Assembly (NCBI GenBank): GCA_051294905.1
Contig: CM119375.1
Span: forward strand, 9,238,001 to 9,302,000
DNA from: Botryllus schlosseri
Taxonomy: Eukaryota
Direction: 5' to 3'
Length of the DNA: 64,000 nt
Shown: positions 12,570 to 25,059 of the stretch, piece after piece
How positions within the stretch are numbered: position 1 is the first letter of the stretch
Layout: each line of letters opens with the position of its first letter
Notes under the pieces: generated by a model
What the model saw: the letters and a program-made list of their open reading frames with translations, nothing else
Databases searched by the model: none
Told to the model about the DNA's origin: nothing
Position numbers and translations under genes: made by a program

Positions 12570-15500
12570 GTGAGTGTTGTTTATCGTGAAATCTATATAT
12601 CCCTAGATGGTTTGAGAAACAGCTTCTCGTGTGGATAATGGGCTAAGACGATGTGATCGTTAAGTAGCCAACGAAATTGCGTGCGTAGATCTATTTTGAT
12701 TTGAGTGCTCGATACTCGACAATACCTAAGACATTTGGACAAAATTTGGGAAATGTGAGCTACAATACAGATTTATATCCGACATCACCGAAGTAAATTT
12801 GGCCGGCCAATCATCTATATTCTATACCAAGGTGCATCAAACGATATAACACTAACAGGATTAAATCTCATATATCGTGGGTTGTGAAACGATCTATACG
12901 TTTGGATACAATTTATTATAGGATAGTTGGTATTGCTCTCGTACCTAGGCGCGACAAATTACGGCCCGTAACAGTCTGAAAGAAGAATATAAATAGATGT
13001 TGATATAAGACGGGAGAAATCTTAATTGCCGCTACGAATTGAGTTAATACGTCCCTAAAATATAGCCCATTTCATGTAGTTAAAGTTATATTATAGTCTT
13101 TGCATCGTATATTGCTGCGGTTTGTCTTAATTGCTGATGCAGTAGCCAGATCATACATTTTGAATGCTTCGGCTAAGCATTTTTAGATTGGCAAATATGC
13201 CGATGGTTGTTTAGCAAGTCTAGCAAGTTGTTATTTTTATTGAAGTAGGAGACCGGTTACCGACTTGACCCTAAAGCTAAATTATTTCATGGGCATCTAT
13301 TTATTTAGCCGTAGCCAAGTTGGGTAATACTGGAATCAATAAACATTTACAAGACCAGTAAGAACTCAAATTGCTTGAAGAATGCCACGAATCTTTTTTC
13401 GCTCACGATTCCCCCTTCGACATTCGCGGAATAAAACATTACTATGCGTACTGAAGTGACATAAGATCTTCAATTAGCAATTCATTCGCATGTTAAAAGG
13501 AATAAGTATATTTCGTTATATCCTCTCTAGAATTTCTAAATGCGGCATGCACAAGAACTGTACATTTATATTCTACGATCCCTTCCAAAATTTAGAAATA
13601 TCTCGTTTTCGTTCAAATCTGTTTTTGATGCAATATTAATTTCTCAGCAGCATAAAGTCGGAATTTCTGAGTTTAAGGTTACGTCATTAAAATGAGAATT
13701 GTGGCTAGTAATTGCGCCAATTTCAAAACTAACACGTACAATGTACATATGCAATCTTTCAGGGTATATAAGCTGCTCAATAAAGCAATTGAATTGAAAA
13801 ATGTTTCAGGCATTACCACCAAATCATCTTTGCAAAAGATCGAGGAGAGGTTTTCTATATTATCAAATAAAATTGCAATACACAGCAAATCTTCTGCGAA
13901 AATAGGATTCCTAAATATTCATTGTATGACATATAAAAATCAGCATAACGCAAGAAGCCTTTTTCGACTAGAACTTAAAAAAAAATCATAAATGATACTG
14001 ATGCGTTCGAGTCGCATTGAAATTGATATTTGGGACATACATTTTGGTATAATCGTTAGTGAGTAGATCACTTTAAATTAAAGATAAAAGCTCATATTTT
14101 GACTATTATAGAATTTCATATTGAAATGAATCCGAATATTTTTGGCTGATATTTGTTGGGGGTAATCATCTGCAACCAGTCGAGAATTGAGAACAACATT
14201 GTATATCAACAATCGTATCACAAAATAAGACGCCATCGGCATGAAAAATCGAATAGTCGAGACGATCAGATAGCTTACGCTCAATGTACTATTTTTTGCG
14301 GGTACAAACCAGATTGGCGTATTTTGGTAAAAGTAGACTCTAATGCACACAAATGAAAGAATGAATGGCTTAACCCGACGACGTGAAATCTGTCGTCTCT
14401 ATAATTTTTCGCACAAATAGAAATACCCATTTTGCCAATGGCAGAATTAATTCCTGTTGTGATTCATGCTTCGGCGGTGAATTAAGGACGACCTTTTCCC
14501 CGAGCGCGATGCGAGTGTTCTAATAAATCTCGGGGCCTGCTGTTTCATGCGATTACCCCTGACGAGTGTAGGCCGAAAATATCCGGGCGGATTCCAATAT
14601 GAATAGATTATTCAAATTCATTTAAATTCCCTACCTAAAGAGTCTCTAGATTTTTTTGGCTTATCCTAATCATACTATGATTCGGCCAGTGAAGAGATTC
14701 ATACTATAGATATGGACCCCGAGTTAAAATATCCGTCACCCCTGTTGAAGCACGATTTTAAGAGCAAAGATTTCTTAGGTACTAGCGATGACTCTAAAGT
14801 GGTAGGGTGTACTCAGTCGAACAGAAATTCACGAGTAACTTGACAGTCGAGACACGCGCGTACGTACACCGCTACACACTCCTTTGGATTAAAACGTTGC
14901 GTTTGATATATACCGTGGTGTCAAGTGTGGAGGCAAGTTCTGGTTACGTGTACCAAGGTTGTATATTTACACCCGTATATAACCGGTGGTACAGGGGTGT
15001 GAAGAGTACAGTATGGTACAGTATAGTAAGAGTATTATTGTATAACAAGAGGCTCGATTGTCAAGTAAATTATTGCACTGCCAACAGTGTACGAATACAC
15101 TTAGTAAATCCATATTGAAATGAACCCGGGTTCAGGTTCATTTCAATATGAATATACTATTCAATTGTATATTGAAGTTCTGTACCTCCAAGAAACTGTT
15201 CAAATCCATATCACAAACTCGTTATAGTTTAAATCAGTCCCAATAGAGCGTGTTGTCAAATCCTCTTGGTTTGATGTTACGGCTGCCAGAACAATGCAAG
15301 CGGAAAGTGGTGATCACCAGTCAATAACTACTCAACATTACGGAACACGAAACTCCGCCAAACTTATAGCATATATCACACACACAATTTACGTTCCGCA
15401 AATCACACCGGTAGCGTTTATATCGAGACATCGCCGTCATATGGCTCTAATGTCTATTCAGTAAAGCATAGTGCCTTAATTGTTTCAGTAAATCATTTTT

Positions 15501-18500
15501 CGCCTTCTATTTTCAGCGCCGTCGTATTCTGCAGAATGGGACTACAAATCTAGTGGTAATAATTATCATTTAAAGCAGTGGTTCTTAACCTTTTTTCATC
15601 CAACGCCCCCTTTCGAAAATTTTCGTGCTCCAGCGCCCCCCACCTCATATTGTAAGGACTGTGATAATGACAATGGGTGAGAGGGAGGGCCGTAACAGCA
15701 CTTCGTCAGCCCCCCTAAAAACGATTGTCCTGGGCACCCATAGCGTGATAAACCAAACTCATGAGGCTTCGCCCCCCCAAGAACCTTGTCGTGTGATTTC
15801 GAGGGTCAGCATCTTTATGTGGCCTGGTCGCCCTAGGAGCCAAGATTTTCTATTACGCATGGATGAAATAGGTTGTAAATGGATATATATGTATGTATAA
15901 ACTTTTTATCCTCTCAGCCCACGTAATCAGATTTACCAGTAGCGCTGAATGAACTGTTGTATTGGAAAATGAAGGCCACGTAATTAATAATTGAACATAT
16001 TCGGGCGTACCCGTTGGTTCAATTAAATTTTTACATGTTATTTTGTTACCTCTCGTCAGCTATATATAGTCAAAAGATATTGAAACGCATAAACGTATTG
16101 AACTAAAGTAAGCACACGACTCACGTATTTTGTCACTGGCAAATCATTTTCTCTGATGGATGTTATTTGTCCTATGGGGTGCAGATTGTGACGACATGAT
16201 AATTCGGCACGAGCGATTTAGCACCTATGGAAAATGAGACTTATATACATCGAAGTTCATGCTCAACATAAGGGCAATCCTCTTCGGCTAAGGTTTTATC
16301 GCAGGCGATCTTTTTGACACACTTCTCGGAGTCCCATATTCACCGGAACTTCATGTCTTCGTGCATCGAGGCGGGGTAATGCCCGGCGCCGAAATGCATC
16401 TTTCTATTTTCCATAATTATGCTTATTCTTCCGTGGGGGAGTCGTCAAAACATGATGCCTAATTTATTTTCATTCCCCGAAATAATTTAGGGCACCCGTC
16501 GAGCTAACCGATTGGGGGTTTAAGTTGCAGCAGTTTTGGTCTTGGTAAGATGTCAAAGTTCAGTCGGTCTTTTTGGGACTTTGGTATTGGAAATATTCCG
16601 CGCTTTAATCGCGCTCGAGGACCAGTCGTCTATAATAAACCGTATAATAATTATGTGTGGTGTATTCAGGGTCAAATCCAGGTTTTTATAACAACAATCG
16701 GGTACGGTCTCATACCCTGTAGTTTGACCCCTCCCGAATTCACATCGGCGATTGGCAATATGGGGAAATTAAGGGTATTGGATTTTGTCTTAGTGCTTTG
16801 TGTAACTATAACTAAGTCAACTAAGAATGGGATGCATATATCTGCTCACATTGAATTTAGTACTGTATACCCAGTTATTAATTTTACCTGAATGTATTCC
16901 AAACAAAGCAACTCATATTATGTAACGTTCATGTGAGGTTGTGAACCACAACACGAGATAGTATCATCCTTTATGATACGATGAAGAAATATTCTGATGA
17001 TTTAATTTTGTAGCTCTCAAACCTATTTTATGTACAAGGTGCTGTCACTATCAAAAGTGATATACAGTGCCTCTTTCTTGGATTTTCACACGCTGTGCGC
17101 TGCGGGATATAATACCTAATGCGAAACATTTTGTTGAAAATAACCCTAGCAGGCGTGACGGCAGTGTTTTAACATAACGGGAATTTGGCGATCAAAAAGT
17201 ACGCGCAATTCGTTTTATATGAATTATAATAACCCACTATAGTCCACTACATTTATGACAACATATGTAGCAAACATCGTCGCGTAGCGCAACCACAAAT
17301 TTCGGTATTTGACATGTTTTGTGGAATGTTAATTTGTTCTGAATACTCATTAAGGATCTGTCATACTACCACATCATCTACGGCGAAGCCATTTTTCTTC
17401 AGCGCCCCCTTATCGCCCCCTGAGCCCAGCGACCCCCATATCGCCCCCCTGAGCGTTTCCGCCCCCTTCAAAATCGCCAGCGCCCCTTGGGGGGCGCTGG
17501 TGGCAAGGTTAAGAACCACTGATTTATAGTATGCTTATTACATACATGTGTCCAAAACATAACATATATATGTGCTAGGTCCGTATACCTGGGGTGCGGA
17601 CTACCCGAAATGTACCGGACAAAGTCAGTCTCCTATCAATATTGGAACGCAAGAAGCAGAGCATGACAAAGACCTCCCGATCATCAACAGGAGAATCTTT
17701 GATTCGCCACCGACGAAGATGAAAATACAGAACAACGGACATTCGCGTAAGTGGACCGGACAAAATCGCGTACTTGATTCGATTCCGAATACTCTAGAAT
17801 TGTAATTATGAGTCGCGCTATGGCCTGGTCGCGCAAAGGAAAGACCATATGTTATCATAATCATATACTCAGAGTTGAAGACTGTTTCACCCGTGGCATT
17901 GCGAGTGCGCTGTTTCTGCTTTCTATTCAGCGCCCACGGCAATGAGAGAACCACTCACGCATGCCCGACGCATGCGGAGTTATTGGAATTCTTCGTTGAT
18001 AATCATCGGATTATCCCCTAATCAAGGATAATCCGAGAATTATCAACGAAAAACTCAAATAACTCCACTTCTACTAGTTGGAATTCACTCAAATTTGTTT
18101 TGCATCGTCTTCGAAGACAGCTCAACAATTTTATGAGGTTGACAAAAAAAATTGATTTTTTTTTCAATTTTCCCCAATAAATTAAAAGTTTTAATTAGAT
18201 CTGCGGAGTCTTATACTTGTTGGAATTGAACCAAATTTGGTGTGCAGCGTTTTTTAGGGTAACCTGACAATTTAATCAGTGAATGGCTGGAATCAGGGAA
18301 AAAAAGTTATTTTTGAACAGCCCCAATGCCCGATGTACATTGCCCATAAGTATTGCTGCAGTGCTCATGATCAGTCAAGGCTCAAGCTCAATGTTAATTT
18401 GTGTTACATTCTTTGTAAAGTAATGGCAGCCTCGCATGCCATGAAATGTGACTCGTTATGCTTTCACCAGCAGCATGCAGAACCCCGGTCGCCACTGATG

Positions 18501-21500
18501 TTTTAGTTATTTCTACTGTCTTTTGACTGTTTTAACTTACAAGCCACAAGTAACTTACTTGTCGTGGCGTGTTAGAGATTTTAATGTCAGCGAATGTCTC
18601 ATTTTACATTGACACCTTGTACCTACTTAGTACTGTTGCAATTAGCCGATTGTTTTCTTACCAAGGATCATAAGTGAAATAATTAAACTGCGATGGTATG
18701 ATCACCACTCAAAACGTAAGAAATTGGTAGGTCATTATATCCGCATTCTGCGCGTTTACCAGCAATATTTTGTCTGACCCTGCCGCGGTTGTGGGGGCCC
18801 GAGCTCGAAGCGGGCCCAAAATTATTAGTGACGAACTTTTTTTAAAGTTAATCACCAGCATAAATGTAACGTAAAAAGTGGGTAATGCGGGGAGTCGAAC
18901 ACACGAAGATATACAGTAGTATACCGAAATCAGCAGTTTTCATTTTTGGTCAATTAACTTTTATGATTTGATAAAAGTGTCCTAGTGCCAAGGCCAACGT
19001 TTTTTTTTTGGGGGGGGAGGGGGCTGACGAAGTGCTATTTTGGTCCTGTTCGGACCCCTGACCGATTGACCGATTAAACTAGAGGCCGACGCTTTATCAC
19101 CATTCACCACGCTATCCCATCAGACAAAGTCATATTATATATCTAGTTTTACATGATAATTTTCATAAGGACACGCATGCATATTGCATACCCATCATTG
19201 TCCATGCGAAAAAAAACGATTTCGAAATCTGTCCTATAACACTGAGAATATTATTCAGTGGTCGTTGCAATTGAAGAGGGAGCATACTCTATAAATGATG
19301 CCACATTGCTACCGTTCGAGGCCGAAATAGCTCAGTTTCATTTTCATTGGGCACGGAACTACCAGAGCGGAGGTTCGGAACACACTATCGACGGGAAAAG
19401 ATATTTTGGGGAGCTTCACGCTGTGCATTACAACACCAAGTACGGAGACGTAGCGACGGCAGTCGACAAATCTGACGGTCTGGCAGTGTTCGGATGGTTC
19501 ATTGATGTGAGTAATCAACATGAAATGCATGGAAAGCATTTGTTGCGCATCACTGTTCTGATAGCATATAAGATAAATGTAGACGAGGGGTAAATTCGGC
19601 CAGGCGAATCAAATTTGGTCGTATAGGTCAGAGCGAGAGAGAGAGAAAGTCACAATTTATTTCTATGCAAAATCAAGTTTTCATTAACTCTCAGGTCTGG
19701 CTGCGGACTAACGAAATTCCATGTTGCATCAATAACCTTACAAGCGCATTTAGTACTGAGTTTAAAATGGAGCCGTCGGTTCAAGACTTGTCTTTGACAA
19801 ATCGCCTTAAGCCCGATTGATTGTTTTTTGTTTCCTATTTGGAAGAATACATACATCGCTGAATTATAAGTGATATTTTCGTCAGTGAGCTGAGACCATG
19901 TGCGGATCTGAGAGAAGACCATAGCCTACCTTATTCAAATTATGGTTTGGATGTAAACTGAATAACCATTAACCATGTCTTATCCGAATTAAATATATAA
20001 TTTGGTTTATTCAAGTGCATATCCAAGTGCGATAAGTTGAGTTGCCAGTTTGAATTATTAGTGAAATGATGGTTTCAGCACCCAGGGATTAACTGACATA
20101 ATCTGGAAACATTGCCCTTAACATGGTCGCGTTACAAATACCGTTGAGGTTGACCTTCAAATACTATTATTACGCAGGTGGATTACCCGCAAGACAATCA
20201 AGATTACGAGTTGCTCTTCCAGCTCGTAAAAGGAGGCGTCACCAAGAAGGGGGACGTCTCACAAATCAACGCGACATTTTCTTTAGAAACTTTGCTCCCC
20301 GCGGATCTAACTAGGTATTACCGCTACCAGGGATCATTGACCACGCCGGGATGCTACGAATCCGTGGTTTGGACGGTTTTCGAAGAGCCTATCAGAATTA
20401 GCGAATCCCAAGTGAGTCAATCGGTGTATACCGAGATAACCTTGAGAAACATCCCTGATAGCACAGTTTGTTTGTCATGAAACTGCAAATATTTATGACC
20501 TTCCGGGATCCCTGCGGGCAAAAGTACGACATTAACCATAGTATTGCGATAATCATGACCCAAACCGCGTTCGCTCAAACCGCAACTGGATTACAAGCGC
20601 CACCTGAAAATGGCTGTACCATAATTACAAGAAACTGTCGGCGTTTTCGTAATTTTAGATGACTATAAATTCCAATGTCAAATTATCACTGGCGAATCGA
20701 AACGCACGCGATCAACGGTGAATAGCTCTCCGAAAATATCTAGTAATCGACATGAATAAGTCTATAAAGTCACAATATAGCCCGGCCGAATAGGAAGAAT
20801 ATGGGAGTGTTGATTTCAATTCAAAGCTCACAATCTAAGATTCCAAACAGGTTTTACATAAAGGCCACGGCATGGTATGGTATGGTATGGTATGGTATGT
20901 AATATGGAAATATACAACTATGGTATGGTATGGAAGTTTTCATGTATGGTATGGAATTTTCTATCCATACTTCGGCAGTTTTTCAAGAACCATGACACTG
21001 ATCCTACTTTCGAGTTGTCAAATCGATTGCGTACCTCATAAACTCGTTCACTGGCGGGTCAATGTTGAATATTCATATCTCAAATTCCGGCTCAGACTTA
21101 CCCACTCCGGTCAAAAACTATTTGAAGACAAAAAAGTTGTGCAACGGTCCATCGGGCATACGAAGGAAACCAATATTAACGATTATTATTCCAATCTGAA
21201 TATCATAAAACGAATGATATTCGACCGCTGCCGCGTTACAGATTACATTTATCTTAACGTAACTGCCACTCAGTAAACTATATGAAGAGGATTTCTAAAA
21301 TCGTAGACTCTGACAATGTAGCAGTTACGTGAATGTTTGTATCAATTCGTTGAACATAGAAATCATTTCCTGCGTTTTGCTCGGATAATCATCACGCAAT
21401 AGATATTAGAAATAATCCATACTGTAATTAAAAATATGTATAGCTCTTCTCGGAGCGACGTTACGCCATGCCGGCCTCCAATACGCATTGTAGCTTCAAT

Positions 21501-24500
21501 AAATCTGATTAGTGATTATCTCTGATAAAAGAATAGACAATTATAGACACCCCGATGTTGGCTACTGAAGCTGAACATGACCCACACATTGATGCGGGAA
21601 TCGCACATTTGATCCGCTGTCGCAAAATCCGTAATGATTGTAACGATATGTAAAATTGTATCATAAGATATATTCTAATGTGACAATACCTTTGTTTAAT
21701 GTAATCGTGTAGGGCCTACGTGATATTACTATACTAGGAGTGCATTATCACATTAGTTTTACGTGTCATTAGCTTCTGTTGTGATTCCGAAGTAATCCCT
21801 ATATATTGTACGTTCCGTATTCGATGATTAGGCAGCCTATACATCACTGATATATGACACAAATAAATTGGGGATATGATTGGTGCACCAGGGCTGTTTA
21901 CATGGGATAATTTCATCCAAAATTATTACAATATATACGCTGGTAAATTTCCACACATAAAAAATAGAATATTATCTGAAAGATTGGGCAACTGCGAAGG
22001 TATGGTATGTATCAAATATGGTATGGAAGAATGTTGCTAATGGTATGGAAAATTGTAAGTATGGTAAGAAACGATGGAGGTGGGTACTGGGTACGGACTA
22101 TGGAGTATGGAAATTTCCTATTTCATACCATACCATAACATGCCCTGATTAAGGCAGGGGTTCTTAACCTGGCCTGGTGGGTTGACGTCATAATCACAAG
22201 AAAACGAGAATCGTGAACGACGTATGACACATTACCCTGAGAATGCAGTGCTGTGTTAATCTGCTAAAAAGCTTGAGATTGAATAAATTTGGCAATACGA
22301 ATATACTGTAGGCTTGATAAAAGATTGAAGCTGAAGAATGAAACGGGGAAAACTTGAACTTTTCGACAAGTTTTCTAGTAGTCCTGATGACTTGGGCTGG
22401 GCACAATGATTCGAGTACTCGAATCTGAATCGAGTATTAACATTAATGATTCGAGTCGAGTGGTGAAAGACGATGTTTTCGAGTACTGAAATTATACGCT
22501 CCTCGCAACTGAAAGTTAATTTGCTAACGAGAATTGTAGTTTCGATAATATTTTCAACTGAGGCAGCATTGAAACCTTGATTGGTCGTGTCGCAGCATAC
22601 GAGACATAGTACAAAGCTACGAACGTTACTGGAAATAACACATTTCTGGCCCACAACGTTGTCAAGAAGTGCAATGAAATCGGTATGGTCGAAAAAGAAA
22701 CGAAGTATCTTCAATGTGACGGATAACAGGCATTATGTTCTTTGTGGTAGCATAAAAGTTACAAATTTGAACTTTGACATAGTACATTCGTGTGTGACGT
22801 CAGAATGAGTGATACTAGAATGCTCGACTCGTCTTGAAGCGTAATACTTGATTCAGAATCGTGTCACTCAGGTACTCGATTTGCGCAGCCCAGTGATGAC
22901 CACCTCAACGCGAACCTAACCCTGTGGCGCACCTGCATCAACTACTGAATTGGACTGGTAGGAGGTAGCTGTACAATCATAAAAACACCACAATAGCATA
23001 AGGTAGGGTTGCCATACGTCCGGAATTTCATTGTTAAAACTGCGTCCGGGAGGAATTTCTAAAATATGCCTAAATGTCCGGAAGTTTGAAGGCTTGAAGT
23101 AAGCTCATATTTTTTTGTAAATCAACCTACACAAGACTATATTTGGGCAGATTTTTGCTACATGAAATTTTTCTTCGCGCTGCGCGCGATTTTGTATCAT
23201 ATATATTGGTTTTAATATGGGGACTACCGTCCTCGTAAAAACTGCGATCAAAGAATAAATAAAAAATAACATTCATTTACAAAAAGAAGTCTATAATTGT
23301 AATCGCAATTACAAGATAACGGTATTCATAGAGTCGTCGTTTTAGGTCGTTTGGATGCTTTATTCAAAGATGGTGGTTCTAAACCTGGGGGTAGTTTGCC
23401 TTTATTCTGGGATTCGCGTAGATGTTAAACGTAATTAGCTTCCAAAATAGGCTGTGTGTAAGTCTGGGCAAATGTGCTGACCTTTAATTAGTAATCAGCT
23501 CATCAAATTTTGAGCTGGGCCACGGCACATTTTCAAATTGGAAATGGATTCGCGACCATAAAAGGAGGGAAGCCACCGGATGTGCGGTGTTTATATAGCT
23601 CAGTGGTGAAGTGCACACTCGCATTAGGCTGATAAATAATCTCATCGGCGTGACATGAACATGACTTAACGATGTATCGTGCAATCACGCCCCTTGCATT
23701 TTCGAAGTCATCATCCTACACTAGCTCTATTCTACCGCTGACTCTGATTATGTGGGCGGAGAGAGGATTAAACTTATACAGTAATATATGGACAAACCAA
23801 TATTATTGACACAATTCATTCAAATCATTTAACGACCAGATGCATATAGTAAACCCCCAGAAGTTGCATCGAATACCCTACGATGGGCCCAAGATCAGTG
23901 TTTATTTGGGCGGGATGGGGCTGAAAAAATGTGGCTTCGGCGCTGGTTACCACATACAATACACAACCAGATCGCGACCACCTCTAGTCGATAAACAAAG
24001 CGTTGCTGGTATGACGTCATATTGATCGACAATGCGCTCACACCTCATTTCGAAATCCGCTAGTGGGCGCTGAAGAGCGTCCGGAATTTGTGAAACAAAA
24101 ATATGGTAACCGTAGCATAAGGTAGCCTACATGCGTTGGTTTGCAGTCCCAAACTTGGAATAGAAAGCGCTTAACCTACGAAATTTAATAATCCAACGAA
24201 CCGTGCATTGATATTTCTATATCCCTCCCCTATATGCTTTTAAACTCCTTATCAGAAACAACCTCCAGCTAATGCGGGATAGGAATTAGCTATGGAAGAC
24301 GAACAATAATTTTAGTGTAATCTTACCGCATACTTTCCGCCCTATTCGCACACGAAATATCATAAACTCCAGTGATCCGTCATTGGTAGGCCCTACTGTT
24401 TATTGCCAATATCAGTGAAAATGCTGCTCAGGTCACGTTCAGTCATTCGTCCATAGCTGAGACTGGGGAAGTGATCTTGGCGGCTCAATAGAACGGTGCC

Positions 24501-24851
24501 GTTATTTCGGTCTTCGTCGTACATTGGTCTGCTCGCAAGTCCATCTATCAAATGACTAATGCTGAATATTGTGTTGCATGAAAATTACGTAGTTGAGGCC
24601 TGCCGAAAGAATGTTTTATTACTTGGCGTCGCCGCAGCAAAATACTAATCCCTTTTCAGGCATCTTTTCTGTCGGGCGCAATCATGGATTCCGCATCGAT
24701 GCCGATTCAGGACAATTTCAGACCGGTGCAAGCTCTGAACGGAAGAAAGGTTACGAAAGCATTGGGGCCGTACTCTGGCGGACGTAGTACTGCATCGTCT
24801 GTATTTCTACTCGTGGCAATGACTTTTCTCTCTTCATTTTGTCAGAAATGA
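12527..24851 (+). CDS. CA4-like: Alpha-class carbonic anhydrase, secreted and probably GPI-anchored (CA IV-like). Spliced model join(12527..12569,15517..15555,17579..17746,19259..19506,20178..20411,24660..24851) = 924 nt, 307 aa + stop
   Basis: All six exons have GT-AG boundaries and compatible phases (1,1,1,0,0). Motifs seen: signal peptide MNIIFQLGAAIAVFAPSYSA, EWDY, QSPINI, NNGHS (His64), QFHFHW (His94/96), GSEH, GELHAVH (His119), YYRYQGSLTTPGCYESVVW, DNFRPVQALNGRKV, and a hydrophobic C-terminal tail. Exact orthology to vertebrate CA4 is not established. Confidence 0.93.
15111..15150. repeat. Perfect 16-bp inverted repeat with a nested 14-bp palindrome
   Basis: CATATTGAAATGAACC-CGGGTTCA-GGTTCATTTCAATATG; TGAACCCGGGTTCA (15121-15134) is itself self-complementary. 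Confidence 0.9.
15517..15555 (+). CDS. Carbonic anhydrase exon 2 (39 nt; APSYSAEWDYKSS)
   Basis: Acceptor TTTTCAG|, donor |GTAATA; encodes the W-x-Y motif that opens alpha-CA domains; phase 1/1. Confidence 0.85.
15576..17521. mobile_element. Non-autonomous hAT-type element filling CA intron 2 (TIR CAGTGGTTCTTAACC)
   Basis: TIRs; TSD ATTTAAAG/ATTTATAG; CGCCCCC subterminal repeats. Confidence 0.9.
17579..17746 (+). CDS. Carbonic anhydrase exon 3 (GPYTWGADYPKCTGQSQSPINI...NNGHS)
   Basis: Acceptor CTAG|, donor |GTAAGT; QSPINI and NNGH motifs. Confidence 0.95.
17977..18065. repeat. 89-bp hairpin (40-bp arms, 35/40 matched, 9-nt loop) in CA intron 3
   Basis: Left arm 17977-18016, right arm 18026-18065, aligned by eye. 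Confidence 0.9.
18785..19050. mobile_element. Terminus-less remnant of the 6398-7632 family
   Basis: Shares TCGAAGCGGGCCCAAAATTATT and the T-run/G-run-TGACGAAGTGCT blocks with 6398-7632. Confidence 0.7.
19259..19506 (+). CDS. Carbonic anhydrase exon 4 (zinc-binding HFHW, SEH, ELH)
   Basis: Acceptor TTCAG|, donor |GTGAGT; three Zn-ligand histidines present. Confidence 0.97.
20178..20411 (+). CDS. Carbonic anhydrase exon 5 (YYRYQGSLTTPGCYESVVW)
   Basis: Acceptor GCAG|, donor |GTGAGT; 78 codons; GSLTTP gatekeeper motif. Confidence 0.97.
20866..22147. mobile_element. hAT-type element with (TATGG)n subterminal repeats
   Basis: CACGGCATGGTATGG ... CCATAACATGCCCTG; TSD ATAAAGGC/ATTAAGGC. Confidence 0.85.
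22392..22893. mobile_element. MITE (TIR GGGCTG(G/C)GCA; TCGA-rich ends)
   Basis: Inverted ends; flanking TGATGAC repeated on both sides; homologous to 30531-30944 in opposite orientation. Confidence 0.75.
23004..24114. mobile_element. hAT-type element (TIR TAGGGTTGCCATA)
   Basis: TIRs, GTCCGGAA subterminal repeats, perfect TSD GCATAAGG. Confidence 0.9.
24660..24851 (+). CDS. Carbonic anhydrase exon 6 (DNFRPVQALNGRKV + GPI-type tail, stop)
   Basis: Acceptor CCCTTTTCAG|; translation ASFLSGAIMDSASMPIQDNFRPVQALNGRKVTKALGPYSGGRSTASSVFLLVAMTFLSSFCQK*. This frame is not in the supplied ORF track. Confidence 0.9.
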   Translation, partial: ASFLSGAIMDSASMPIQDNFRPVQALNGRKVTKALGPYSGGRSTASSVFLLVAMTFLSSFCQK

Positions 24852-25059
24852 TACTCCATGTATGCAATAGGCTATGCATGGCAAGATCATATGCTATAAT
24901 TATAATTTCATCTTACCAATATGCCTCATGCTTTCAATTGGGACGTGTTTTAAACACGCACATAATATCGGCTACCGCTACATGAATATGATATAGAGCA
25001 CTGGGACGCTGCATTTTTCAATTTATTGTTGACAATTCCATCATTTCAATACGATGTAA

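Noticed and set aside
13692-13991. ORF containing KIGFLNIH, resembling the start of a LINE endonuclease domain
   Set aside because: No downstream endonuclease motifs (e.g. ETW) are found in any frame, so it is likely coincidental.
22256-22714. 152-aa minus ORF and the related 92-aa ORF at 30602-30880 as transposase remnants
   Set aside because: The two MITE copies do not keep a common frame or strand-consistent ORF, and I see no hAT transposase motifs.
24593-24787. Listed ORF as the final CA exon
   Set aside because: It is the wrong frame. The conserved DNFRP...NGRKV is in the frame starting at 24660.
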